Shown: positions 36,701 through 49,400, counted from the first letter of the whole stretch. The stretch is 58,605 nt of DNA, filler included, from Sphacelaria rigidula (GCA_964200075.2; 4 parts of 4 records of this genome joined end to end with filler, not necessarily neighbours in it), one strand, 5' to 3'. The notes: generated by a model not told the origin, from the letters alone. Program-made: numbers and translations.

Positions 36701-39700
36701 ATGCCTCCACCAGCGGCTCCCGAGTGCATATCTGCGAGGCGCAGCAGCTCCTCCGTGACTCCCCACACCAAAGACATACTATCCTCCGTAGCGTTAAACG
36801 TGACTGGTTCGTTCGTGAGGGTCATACGATCGCCCTAAACATCAACACGAGAGAGAAGGGCACAAGCGAAACAAGCGAAGTTTTTACTCTCAGAGCGCCG
36901 AAGGATTTCTGTTCCAAGAATACGGTCTGACGGTCCAGCCGTCACTCGGAGCATGACAATTCTATGCGTTGATGGGCCTATGATGGCCCTCCTGCACTGT
37001 ATCAGACAGAAATCCAAACTTCCAAGGGTTGAACGAATCAGAACTCATACGTGTTGACTCCTTATAAATGAATTTTGAGTGAGATTCATGTGCCGAGTAG
37101 TCATCACGTCTGAATCACGGATATAATTGCACTTTCGAGGAACTCCAGTATTGCACGAATCGCGAACGGGATTGTGTACGCTCTAACTAATGCCATACGA
37201 ATACAGAATAAAAAACATGTGCGAATCACAGCTCTTGTACGAATCACTGATGTGGACAATGTCAATGTGGTTCATCACGCACGAATTGCTAGTGGATAAT
37301 CTACACGCACGATTGATACCGTATGAATGACAATATGGAAAATATGTGCATATGATCCATGCCGTACGAAGTACCAGGTGCGAAACACGTATGTATGATT
37401 CATGCCGCATGGATGACAGCTGGGAAACATATAAGCTCGATCCGTGCCTTAAGAATAATGGCTGGGAAACATGTCAGCTTTATTAACGCCGTATGAGTGA
37501 TGGGTGAGAAAACACGTACGTATGACTCATGCGGTATAAGTGGCAAGTGAGGAAGGTGTACGTTTGATTCGTGTCATACGAATCACTGGTGGGGAGCGAG
37601 AACGAAATCCCTTTCTCATAGAAACCGTACAACTTGATTCGTGCAAACGAAGACGTTACTCTACGGACGATTGGCGTACTGTGACTCTCCTGTCTTAACC
37701 CTTCGGCCTGTTGAATCGGTATTATCGTCCGTCAAAAAATGAAACGACCCAACACCACCCTGGTAATCAAAGGGCTGACCCATGTCCTCCAGTTTGGGGC
37801 ATCCAGGTCTTACATTCATTTTCCGAGTACAAATGATACCGATTCGACAGATTTGTATACCCGAGCCATCAAAGGGTTAAATCCATCCATTCGTCTCGAA
37901 TGGTCGACCAGGCTTGTCGCCATATATAGTGCATAACATATGCTCGTCGTCAGTCACAGGTTTAGATATGTCACGCCGCGAAAAGTCATGCAGCACGAAT
38001 TGGGAGTGCGGAAAGCGAATGAGTCGTGCCTCATGAACAGCAGTTGCGGGATGTGCACCAAAATGAAGGGTCCCGGGGCATGAGATGTGGTAGCCGCGAT
38101 AATCTGCAGTTGATCCATGTTGCACAGAAAAAAAAGCAGTTTGATTCATGCGTATGAATGAAAGGTGGGAACCACGTACGAGTGATTCATGCCGCATCAC
38201 AAAACATTGAGTAGTTGTATGTGCGCTTGATTCATACCGCACCAGTAACAGACGCGAAACATGCACTCGAACGGTCGGAAACATGTACTCATTTGTAATG
38301 CCGTACGAGTGAAGGGTGGGAAACATATAACTTTGGTTTATGGAGAATGAATCATAGGGTGGGTAACGTGTATTTATGATACACATAATATGAATCACAG
38401 ACAGGAACAAGGTCTCTCCGACGGTGTACCGCATGAATGACATGCGGGAATACGTACGTTTCAGGTAGCGTCGTACGAAACACGATCCAAAACCATGTAC
38501 TAATCACAATTCGTGTACGAATCACAATTCTTGTACGAATCACAATTCGTGTACGAATCACAATTCGTGTACGAATCACACGAATGATTTGTGCAAACGT
38601 TCAACGAAGAACGAATCACGATTATTTTCTGTCCGACCCTCTCAAACTTTGTTTTTCGGAGTATGGCGAGAATAGAATCTAAATCCATGGTTGAGTCGGC
38701 GGGTTGGAGTCTTGACGGCGTGAGGATCACACAGCGTGGCGCTCCCAGCCGTATCTGCCGAACGCTCGCTAGCACATTGGCTGCACTCGCAACACTTCCG
38801 TATTCCACCGAGATTGCTCCGCGCTCCGTGCTGCACCAGTGGTACCGACGATGACACGAAGTTGCGCCCGGCAACGACCCCTTGGACTCAGACCCCCCTG
38901 CGTCTACGGAGGCGTTGTGTCTTTGATCAGAGAAACTACCCCGAACTCCATTAAATAGCCAGGAAAACAAAAACGCAACTGTCAGACAGGGCGCCGAAAG
39001 GGTTACAAATAATTTATTGAATTCAACGGGTCGCCGTTGGCATCGTCGGTGACACACTCTTTCGAGCAAACACTTCTCCCGTCCACAGACAAGGTTGCCG
39101 CGTGCATTCACGGTTACACAAAACAAAAGCAAACATAACAGTGCGGCGGTCAGTCCATAGACACCTGGGCCCATGTCCGCATGAGGTTGGGCAAGTCCTG
39201 GATAAACGACGGTCGGATGGTTCTCCAAGCCTCTCCGCTCAATGAGATAGCCCGGATCGATGGGTGTCCAGCCCCTGCCCGCCCTGACCTATCGCCCGGC
39301 GCGGGGATCGGCGGCGGCCGCGGGGGTAGTCTGCGCGGGTCATTGAACGTTAACAGAGTGTAGTGAGCAACTGGTGAAGAAAATACATGCTCTCTCTTTC
39401 GAGGTGAAAAACCAACAGAGGGAAAAAGCTGACGTGAAAAAATACGCACAAAAACAAGAACAACAGCAACACTTGTTTTCATGCAGCCTGGGATGTTGGA
39501 GAGGACTGTGTCTCAGGATATTAAGAGAAGGAAAAAAATCTCGAGGAAAAATAAGGCTTTCATGCGAACGAAAACACACCTCTATTTGATGAAAAAAGTA
39601 ACCCATTTTTCTGGGACTGTATAGCTAAGTGTTGAGAAAGTACGCCGCGGGGCCATGGGACGTAAGAGGCGATAGAAACACCGAGCGATTCTCGGGGTAC

Positions 39701-40544
39701 TTCACATGCCACCACGCCGCGCCCGTTGACTCGCCTGGATAAGACAAATGCCTGCGCAGACAGGGTTGTCGGTTCCAATAGATACACTTTGTTTTGATTA
39801 ATGGTGGTGCTAGTCGTCGTAGGGGCGGCGGTGTTGCTGCTGCTGTTGCTGTTGTTGCCGCTGCTACTGCTGCTGGTGTTGTTGTTCTGGCCGTCCCTGC
39901 CGGTAAAGCTGCCGCTGCTATTGCCGTATCTAGCGAATTCGCCTGATGCAGCCGCCGAATCTTCTAATGGTTCGATGCTCACCGCCAGCCCACGCAGCAG
40001 CAACTCCTGAACGAATCGGAGGAAGAACCATGAGGGGTTGGACGGTTTAGATATGAATGGGATGGGGGGGGGGTGACACACTATGCATAGTTAGAGCCCT
40101 TCCGTTTCAGAGTTTTCCACGGCGATCACAACATGACCGTGCGCACGACGACATGACGACATGTTCTTCACTTTCTGTCAAGCTGTCAAGCGATGAAAAC
40201 ATGCTCACGATGGGAGTATTCACTCGAAATAAGAAAGACAGCGGCTGCGCCAGATGCACCAGCTGCGCTAGATGCGCCAGTGAAACGTCTCATCCCCGTC
40301 CGTAAAGCCAACGGTATCGTTTGTATTCTCTGCCCGTATGGTCTCTTGAGATTCCAGTAGGTCTCCTGTAGTTCAATCGGTCTTATACCGATCTATCGTA
40401 GTGTAGGTATCCTTTTTTGTGTAGATGCTTTGTTTCTTGCCTTCCTCTGCGGGCTGTTTGATCTATGGGCATGGGTGGTATGCTCCTTGCACTACGTGAC
40501 CACGGGTTCGAGAGATCGAGCTAATGTGACGAACATAATAATAA

Positions 40545-40614
<70 letters not shown>

Positions 40615-43295
40615 GCCGATACGCTCGGAGTACGCACGTACAGTACTAGACGCATGGAGCAACCCTTCTTCGACCATTTCTTTCTCGTTCTTGTTTTTCA
40701 CATGGGTATGTTTCGGTGGTCAAGTTTCAGTACGAATGCGCTTCGAAATATTTGCAAAACTTCATGTGACGCCCATCGACCGGAGTGTTTTTTCAAGAAG
40801 GATAAGCCAAGGTTTGTTCCGATGCCACATCATCACAATCCTCCTACCTCGCGGTACTGATGACCCCGCCGCTGCGACTGCACTTGCTCCTTGAACCATG
40901 CGGACGCACCATGCAAGGACACCGGCCGAACTTCCAAGCTACCCAAGGTGACCTCCACCGCAGCGGGAGGCGCGCCCTGTCCGACAAAGTCGTTTGTACC
41001 GAGTGGAGGGGGGCGAGTGGGAGGGGGAAAGAGGGCTGATAAGGGTGGGATGTCATCTCGAGCCTTCATGTGTACGAGGAAATATTGTGACTTGAGTACA
41101 CGGTCGTGATAGATGGAGCATTGATGACTGTCTTGTGGGGGCATGGTAAACACATGAAACCTCAATGCGGAAAGTGCCTGAACAGGACAACCCCTGTGGT
41201 ACTCGATTATGTCGTAACGTTCCTCACGATGGAAAGCAGCTTCTGTGGAGAAAGACCATGTACATGTTTGGGAAAATGAAACTAGTCGGTTGGGACTGGA
41301 CCACAAGAACTCCGTCCCAACTGGCCATTGCTGACCAGTGGCGCCACACCGGGCGGCGCAACAGAGACTGTGCAAGCCAACCAAGCGCAACAAGTATTTT
41401 GAATCGTCAGCGGTTTTTTTTCTTAGTATACTCGACACTTTCTACGATAGCCCCGCCCGAAACCAGCCCCCAAGAGTGTCACGGAAACAGTGGTCGTATA
41501 GAGCCTGGTGTTTGGGTTCAGGCTGCGTGAAGCGCCTCTTACGGGCGACATTGGCGAGAACGAACTCAAACGTGGGAATTCCCGGCTGCTCGTTGTGCTC
41601 GGCTTTTTGCGTTTCGATTCACGTGAAGATTTTGTCTCCACAAACCAGGCACTTTAGGTGGGGGGGCTATCATAGAAAGTGTCACTCCGTTGGTCTGTTC
41701 TACCTTGCAAGGGTCGGACAAATAATGATTCGTCTGTAAACTACTTGGTTTGAGTATGATGAGTCGACTCGTGACGAATCGATCCCTAGGCTGTATTTTA
41801 GCGTTGCAACCCAGGTACACGNNNNNNNNNNACTTTTTTCTCCCTTTTGGGCAATCAGGCCAAAGAAATCGTGGATTTGATGATTCGGAGTCGTGATGAT
41901 TCGTCCTAACCGTGCTACCTTGTCTGCTCTTTTCTCCTCTTCTTCAGCGAGTGCTTCAATTTTGGTTTGTCTCGGGCACGTCTATCATGTGACGACTGCT
42001 GGATCATGACTACCTGGGGGGTTAGTGTAAGTGCGACAATCAATCAATCGACAAATCAATCAATCAAGGGTCATCCTCATCCCGTCCTTGTTGAGACCCG
42101 GTTCCCGCCATTCGACGCAAGGACAATGATTTCCATGCTTGTACACTGACATAAAAAAATGCAAGTGCTCATTCGAATCAACAAACGTAGTCATTGTGAG
42201 CACGAGATTGACTGGTTGACTTGCTTTTTCACGCTGGCGGATGCGCTCGAAAACTCGGTCTTGATCACAAGATGGATGCACCCGGGATTTGGCACAAGAA
42301 AAAACAACAACAGAGAAACACTCGCTCAAAAAGGGAACAGGATGACACAAGTGGATAATAACTGAACAGAAAATATGTTTTACGGAAAATCGACAGAACA
42401 TACTGTTTACGGAAAATCGGCAAGCACAACAGAATAAGAGTGCAGAGGATACTCGGCATTAAGAAAGTTAGTCAAAAACATGAAAAAAACAGCTGATACT
42501 TTTGGACAAGACCGAGGAACAAAATAAGACAGCCATGGCGACAAATGTGCATCCCAACAGCTCCTCTGTCTTTGTCTCTCCGTGCCGCACCTGTAACGGA
42601 CACAGGCCAACGGATTCGTAGCGTAGGGTCACATCGGAGAGCTGCACTTTCAGTCTTCGCAGGAGCCACTTGACCCACCGCGGAAGGGGGCGTTGTCTTG
42701 AGCTCTCAGACCTGCAAATTCTCGTTCGAGTTTTGAACAGGATAAAACAGGACAACATTCCAGTGAACTCGTCACAAAAAACACTTCAAACCGCTGAGAC
42801 ACGGCCTAATTCGTAGCGCTGATTCAACGGCACGAATGAGGCTGATGCGTACCGCGAAAGCACGATAAAATACATATATGATGCCCTCAAGTTGAGTCAA
42901 ATCTACTTTTTGCTCATACCCACTGTAGCCCGTGACGTACCGTCTCTCATCTAATTGATGGCCATTGTTCGCCTATGTAGACTAGCGTCTAGATGGGATG
43001 ACAAATGGCATCGCACACAACATACGCATCGTGGTGGAACACTCTAGAGCTCGTCCGTAAACCCAAGCGTGCCCACCTGGGACCAGATTCCTCCTTTGCG
43101 TGGCCCCTACCGTCTTCGCCGCTCACACCCTCCATGAACTGCGAAACGTTGGGGACGCTGTACCCTCGAGAATTGGATCCAACCGGATGTTGGTCCTGAC
43201 GAAAACCCGCCGTTTCCTCAGACGAGGAGGTCGTCAAGCCACCCGCATCCCCGCGCATGACAATTGTCACACCCTCAAGCTTTGCCACGAAGGAT
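30762..43295 (-). CDS. Partial multi-exon gene for a VPS13/Chorein-N-like bridge lipid-transfer protein. Phase-consistent GT-AG exons: 43026-43295, 42591-42711, 40848-40976, ~39600-40006, 36583-36834, 36231-36485, 34386-35213, 32815-33802, 31682-31818, 31074-31415, 30762-30836. Probable but unresolved exons: ~39165-39330 and ~38637-38930.
   Basis: Motif order matches the VPS13 N-terminus: VAKLEGVTIVMR ... WLLRRLKVQLSDVTLRYE ... AVEVTLGSLEVRP ... ELLLRGLAVSIE ... YLLEPTTLSAQ. Later strand-helix repeats (SLSVDIKVAAIPITISTSALTELSWIL; LRVRMTSLQLNLMD) and an FFAT-like EWYDA. Start and stop exons not identified. Confidence 0.72.
35728..35823 (+). pseudogene. Orphan exon of an L-ascorbate peroxidase-like (class I haem peroxidase) gene
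   Basis: CAG acceptor, then VEALRECKEEVMALCDWNNCNPISVRLVWHDA, which matches the APX/CcP distal-His motif CxPIxxRLAWHxA. No other peroxidase exon seen in the contig. Confidence 0.75.
37695..37880. mobile_element. Possible piggyBac-type MITE (TTAA-CCCTT...AAGGG-TTAA)
   Basis: TTAA on both sides with CCCTT/AAGGG termini; interrupts the GAATCA-rich tract; the TIR match is only 5 bp. Confidence 0.5.
38502..38582 (+). repeat. 18-bp tandem repeat (AATCACAATTCGTGTACG) x ~4.5
   Basis: Directly visible; produces the IRTRIV repeat ORFs. Confidence 0.95.
40545..40613 (+). repeat. (AAT)23 microsatellite
   Basis: Perfect trinucleotide run in an intron. Confidence 0.98.
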
Positions 43296-43855
43296 CTACG
43301 AGAGAGTTGGATAGGAGGGGGGAGGGGGACGGTCGCATGAGTCTTCATTCATTGGACGGATATCGTGCCGCATTTCTGAACCTCACTCTTCAATATTGTC
43401 AGAAGCGAAACCGGCGGATATGAAAAGTAATGTCTTCGTTTCTGCTTTAATATTGACATGATCTCGAAATCGAAACACGGAGAAACACATTGGGATAAGC
43501 TGCGTATCATTATCCAGACATGTGAGGTGATCTCCTGTCACAGCAAGTAAATCACTTCATGAGAGGCGCATCGGTCCGGACACCGAACATGCAATGCCCA
43601 GGTGCCTTCTACCCGAAATACCGTGCCGAGTAGATGAAATATGACGTATACCGCCGAGGCATCCTCCAGCTTTCCGAAGGACATCCTCTTCTTGCAATCA
43701 ATTACATTGCATATGGGCAACAGCCTCGCATGCTTCAGTCGCTGGTATCGTCACTTCCAGACACAGCCACGGGCTATACCGCCTCATGGGTATCTCCCTA
43801 TTTAAACACCAAGTCTTACGATCATCCCCTTTTCCGCGGAGTTCAGGTTGAGGAT

Positions 43856-43911
<56 letters not shown>
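43856..43911 (+). repeat. Poly(G) tract at the contig end
   Basis: ~56 consecutive G; the length may be a sequencing artefact. Confidence 0.9.
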
Positions 43912-43915
<4 letters not shown>

Positions 43916-43932
43916 CACCGCGCTGGCAGGGG

Positions 43933-44032
43933 NNNNNNNNNNNNNNNNNNNNNNNNNNNNNNNNNNNNNNNNNNNNTTAATTAATTAANNNNNNNNNNNN
44001 NNNNNNNNNNNNNNNNNNNNNNNNNNNNNNNN
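43933..44032. other. Artificial contig-joining spacer
   Basis: Same 44N-TTAATTAATTAA-44N linker. Confidence 0.98.
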
Positions 44033-44339
44033 TATGATCCCAGGGTATCAAACTAAAACACTGTGCTCGAATGATTGTTTACCGCCTGCCTGCTCTTCGG
44101 CTTCATGCACGAGAACGCAGTACCACACTCATACAAAAAATGACCGTCTGTGTACAGAAGCGTCTCACAAATCTGTGATATTATACCGTATATGCCATAA
44201 AATGGTCACCCCGATTTTGAGTACACGAATTTGAGTCCCCCCGATTTTGTCAAAATCAGGGTCCAAACAAATCGGGATTCGTTTGCCATAAAAGTGGGTC
44301 TTAGAGAGCGCCCACAAAGTTTCAATAGTCGAAAACCAA

Positions 44340-44412
44340 ACGTGGGCCGGCTAGTGGCCTGCGAAATACTGTTCCGATTTTTTAACGACCCGGTTTTCAA
44401 TAGGCCATGCTC
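44340..44412 (+). repeat. Diverged fragment of the foldback-arm family (cf. 13670-13740)
   Basis: AGTGGCCTGCGAAATACTGTTCCGA.TTT..A.CGACCCGG.TT...A.AGGCC is shared. Confidence 0.8.
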
Positions 44413-46310
44413 TTTCATACATTTAGAGTTGGAGCCATAGTGATTCGCGATTCCGCCGCCTTTTTCGGTGGATTTTCCCTTCACAAGATACCCCAATCAC
44501 CGGTGTGAACGCTTCATACGGTGTAGTGATTTCCGACACACTGTATTCGTACATCCGGCAATTGTCCTGAAGGGTAGCAATAAGCGAATATGAAAGTAGC
44601 ATTGTCTGTAGCAGACCAAACCCGGCGACTAGTGCTAAAAGATAGTCGGACAGTAAACTGAAACTGAACTGCATTCTAAAACTCTGAGCAACTTCGCCGC
44701 ACACATCACACGACATTACAGGACTTATCGTCTCCATAAGCTCAACTTCCCTCCCCACTGTATATCCGAACCGGCGCGTCGCTTGAAAATGAGCGTTGCG
44801 ATATGGGTACCACAGCCAGTACTACTACTACAATAGTCTGATACATGTTCATTTTGCCAGGAGCGATCGACCAACAAAAATAATCGGAGTTCTGCCTCGT
44901 CACCAGCCTCACTATTGCTTACAGAAAGGCACTTCAGACAGCTTATGCTACTATTATATTACAGACAGTGGCAGTAACAACAGTCAGGTAGTGTGATGTC
45001 GTCCAATCTATCCTGGACGCAAGTAAAGTACCGTCATTAAAATATAATAGTAGGCCACTGTAGTTTGAAGTGCGACAATGAACAATCAAGCACATAGTAC
45101 AGGAGACAGGTAGTTCTGTACAGTACCGACAACGGTGCAACGGTAGTGAAAGGTACACCGTACAAAGGACAGGACGGCTGGGCTTCAGACTCAGAGCACT
45201 GCACATACTCGTACAGTAGTACAAGATATTACAACAGCACTTGCATAGATGACTTCACGATCATTATGCCACCTGTGGACAAAACATCTGACGGGTGTCT
45301 AACGGACGTTGTGATGTCGTGACCTATTGCTGCCGCTTGCTTCCTAGCGGCGTGGTCGTCGTCCGAACAGAATCGTTGTTTTTGCTCTTCATTGAGCACA
45401 TATGATATGCCATGCGCACTGCCTGTGAAGGTGTTTCATCATTGTTGCGCGTTGCGCTTGTTTTCTCTGGTTACAAGGCAGCCGTGGGATGTTTGCGTTC
45501 GTATACTCGTGTTGGTGAGCGACTCAAATTTCGAAACACTGAACCAAGGACCCATCTTCAACCAAAGGTGAAACATAACAGATGGGAAAATACTATCTAC
45601 TTTACTGCCAGTTCTATCATCTGAGAATACAGAAAGGAAATATATGTTACCCACCATCTCGAATGATTTCCGAAGAAGTCGGCAGCCCATCAGACTCTGA
45701 AGATTTCGAACTGTCATGGCCCTGACCATCACGACTCGAGTCAAGCGAGTGTACCATAGCGCAGTGGAGTTGCGTCCGGTGGAATAATTGGTTGGTCGGT
45801 CTTTGTAATTCCTACAGCGAAGTATGGAAGAATCGCATTTTTATTGAATTTCAGAATAGAAGAGCTAGTTCCCGGCCCCACAATGAAAAATCGTACCCGT
45901 ACGAACATCTGAAGAGTCATTTCTCACGAGGACGATGACACGAAAGCTTTAGGGTGGCAGTTACTACCACCACTGTATTGATTTGTACTGTAATGACACA
46001 CGAGAAGTCCTGGTTCCGAGTACCTCTTGAATGTCCAAGTCTTCTTGATACTTGAATGTAGAGGTTGTTGGACATTTTTGGCGCGATCAGTTCTTTAGAA
46101 CTCGAAAAAAGACACCCTTATCGTGGGTCTGAGCATGCTTTCAAAATATGAGTGCGTACATGCGGCATGACATCCCAAAGATAAGTTAGGGGGTAAGCGC
46201 CAACGCAGCCCTTAACGTATTATTTTCATAGCAAACGCGTATGATGTCTTTGTGAAGGCGAGAGAACGTTTCCATAAAAAAAGGTCAACAAACGCATCAT
46301 GGTTAACCAG

Positions 46311-46475
46311 CGACTGAGCAGAGCTTTGGGCAGGCACGGAAGTAACGGGTGTAGCGGTGGTGGCGGCGCCGAGCTAATCCGACAACGTTGCTTCAACTGT
46401 GGGTTCGGCCTCGGTCAATTTGGAGTGGAGTTTAATGACCAGTTTTGCTCTTTGGATTGCTTCACGAATGCCAAG
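46311..46475 (+). CDS. Isolated candidate exon encoding an FCS/MYM (TRASH-like) zinc finger
   Basis: CAG|...AAG|GTGAAT, 55 codons: RCFNCGFGLGQFGVEFNDQFCSLDCF, i.e. CxxC-x15-FCSxxC. Confidence 0.5.
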
Positions 46476-49400
46476 GTGAATGATACAGTAGCTTGGAGGT
46501 GTGCATGCCGAGATGCTTGATGTCCAGGTCCTTGGTAAGATGTGTTCAGTGAGTGCGAGATTGCGTTTTTCGGTGACGGGAGGATGATGTAGACGAGCTC
46601 TCTGTGTGTTGGCGCGATGATATTTTAAATTAAAATTGAAGTATCCTGTACAAAACTGCGCGCGTGGAGGAAAAGCGTAGTAAAAAATATAGCTGATCTT
46701 TTTCTTCCACACGGTGAAGGCTCACAGTTCGTTGTGCCTCTTGGGACTCCCAATCACGGGAACCAAGATCGTTCACGAACGCATACACGTATCTTGCAAG
46801 TCTTCCAAAAGCGTAACTCCTATTAGGCGTACGGAGTAGCTGTAGACAAGCTGATTCGCACTTCGATTCACGCAAGGTGGGGGGGGGGGGGGCGGGTGGG
46901 GAGGCACTACGGCTTTCGGGAAGGGTTCAAGGCTGATTTTCGGGTGCTCTGAAGAAGCACCCAACGTCGAATATAAAACGAACACGAAACGGTTTTGTTG
47001 TTTCTCGAATACGTCTCGAGTTAAGTTTGGTGGACAGTGCCTCTCAGCACGCACGTTGTGTTTGTTGAAACCTTGCACTAAACGAGCAACCCATCCCTCC
47101 AAGTGGCGAGCAACATGCCTGGCTGTGCGCTCGTAGTCCACAGAGCAAAACAATCGGAAAAGCATAATGTAAACTGAAACCAACCTTTCCTTCGTAACTC
47201 CTATTCGTTGCTCGGCGATGAAGTAGTTCGGTCTCAGTTTTCAATTTTTTGTATTTTTATCCGCTGCGAGCTCTTCCACAACGAGAGTGAGATTTGCCCC
47301 CGACTCAATTCTCGGTACAAAAATATAGGGCATTGAAAGTACAAATTCAGAACATTCCCTCCTCCACTTTGATGGAAGGATGAAGAGTCGATCTACATCT
47401 CTCTCCTTCAAGCGATGTGACCGAGAAGCTACGTACACGTACGTGGCCTGATTTTCAAAACTGCGGAGTGTGGAAAGGCTAACGTAAACATGGTCCGAGT
47501 GTATTTCTGAATGCCTACCGTCTGTTGTATCGGCACTATTTACATGCATGCCGCTCACCGAACAGTTGTTTTCGTGCCTTGGCAACGGTGTCGCCAATTC
47601 CTTGCACACGGAAATGATCATGAAACCATGACTGGCATCAGATTTCATCAGCCTTTGTTTTCCGCCACTCTCGGCCGAAAGTTCATCACTGCTATAAATA
47701 GTGCTGTTGTGTGCCACGGTACACCAGCTCCTTGTTTACACGTTTTGTCATGAAGCCTTGGAAGCGCACATCAATCGCTCGACTCAACCGGGACGACAAC
47801 AGTTCAGCGCAGTAGCACTATCTGGGCAAGGCGTCATCTTGAGGCAGGTCACGCCAACTTTCTCTTCGTTGTTGTTTGTTGCTGTTGTCTTGACATTCAA
47901 AAGCCGTTCCGATATCTGCCCAGTACTCTCTACTGGGCACCTGATGCTGAAGCCTTTCCCGTTCAGTGTATTTACCCCAATATGTTACATGGTAGAAGAG
48001 GAGAAAAAAATCGGTCCCAGAAGAAAACCATCCTCTCCGTGAGCGCACCACTTCTGTTGTGTGTTTCAAACTCGAAGGATGGTATACTTCACCGACCGGT
48101 GCCAACGTGATTGTTTGTCTCGAACGCTGCTGCTGTGCTATTGAGAATAGTGCACAATCTGGCTATGTGAGGTGTGTCCTCGGGTAGAGGTATGCCTGCT
48201 GTCATCTGTCACCACAGCAACAAAAATGTCTCTGGTTTCTGTAGTTTGCCCTCTAGCGCGGATATTTTGAAAATGATCAAAACGCAACGAGTGAACAGAG
48301 CGTCGCCTACTCCCGTTTGCTCAGTCGCATTTCTGTCGGTGCCTCGGTTTCATTGATATCGACATTATGTTTCACACTTTCACACCCACTAGATCAGTTG
48401 AGCCGTGTTGTTCTGTACAAGACAACCCTGTTGACCGCCCGCTATATATATGTGTGTGTGTTGAGTTTACTATACACGCGCTCTTCTCTTCGTGCATTGT
48501 TATCCGGGATTCCCTCCAATACGACTGAACTTCTCTCGGCTTATTATTAGAGGGAAGTAAAAGTCTAGGTTCCGGGTACATTTACATTCATCTGTCAGTT
48601 ACTGCGAAGTACGAGTATACCGGAAATCTCGACTTCGAGATACCCTTTTTTTATCATGAAGTATGTTCGGGTGCATCAGCAGTTACCCCACACTCACTCC
48701 ATGATGACCTGTTGCTGGCCATCCTGTTGTTATAATCCCCCTCCCAACGCCCGCCATATGCGCATAGACTGTGCAGACGAGAGGCGATTCAGACAGATGT
48801 GACGTCACAAGACCACACCTTCAAGTATCGTCTGTATATTATATACTGAACAACGCTGACAGTTCTCGGGCCACAAAACTGACGTTTCGGGCTCGGTTCA
48901 GTTTTCTTATATGATTTATGATACTTCGAACACGGGTGGATCCAGATGAAAACAGAGACGTGTCTCTTGTTATCCGCTCATATTCTCATGACCCCATTTT
49001 GGCCTGTCCAGACCGACCGCTTCCCTCTTCTTACCGCTTCATCTGAAGAATACATGAGTTTTTCTCGTGAACCCTTTGATATTCAACGTGTGCTTGAACG
49101 CCTTCGCAAGTGCCTTTGTTATACACGTGTGTATCAAGCCATCGCAACGTCTATAACACGTACACACCAATCTGCTGCAAAAAGCATGGCACAAACAACG
49201 TTCGGTTATCGGTATTGGCCCGTGCAGCGGAAACCACACAACGGGCAATTCACAGCAGTGTCATTGAAGGTATTTCCAGCGCCGTCTTATTGACAGTTCG
49301 CGGAATTTGTTTTCACCAAAGATGAGGCGGTCCAGCCGAGAAGAGCACGTGTCCTGATCCTTGACTAACCCAGTTGTAGGGTATGTTGTCCCAGAACAGT

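Larger units (their letters stand above)
37030..38625. repeat. Intronic degenerate minisatellite-like tract rich in GAATCA/TGATTC (~40-bp unit)
   Basis: Recurring GCCGTA(T/C)GA(G/A)TGA...GGGAAACA...TGATTCAT units at ~37320, 37400, 37490, 37530, 38150 and 38300. Confidence 0.65.

Noticed and set aside
38502..38582. CRISPR-like array
   Set aside because: Contiguous 18-bp tandem with no unique spacers, in a eukaryotic intron, with no cas genes.
40492..40701. Poly-Tyr ORF
   Set aside because: It is a translation of the (AAT)n microsatellite.
43650..43720. EsV-1-7-like Cys repeat (ICNVIDCKKRMSFGKLEDASAVY) on the minus strand
   Set aside because: Single copy, lacks the closing C..H, and overlaps a competing Chorein-N-like reading; the resemblance may be chance.
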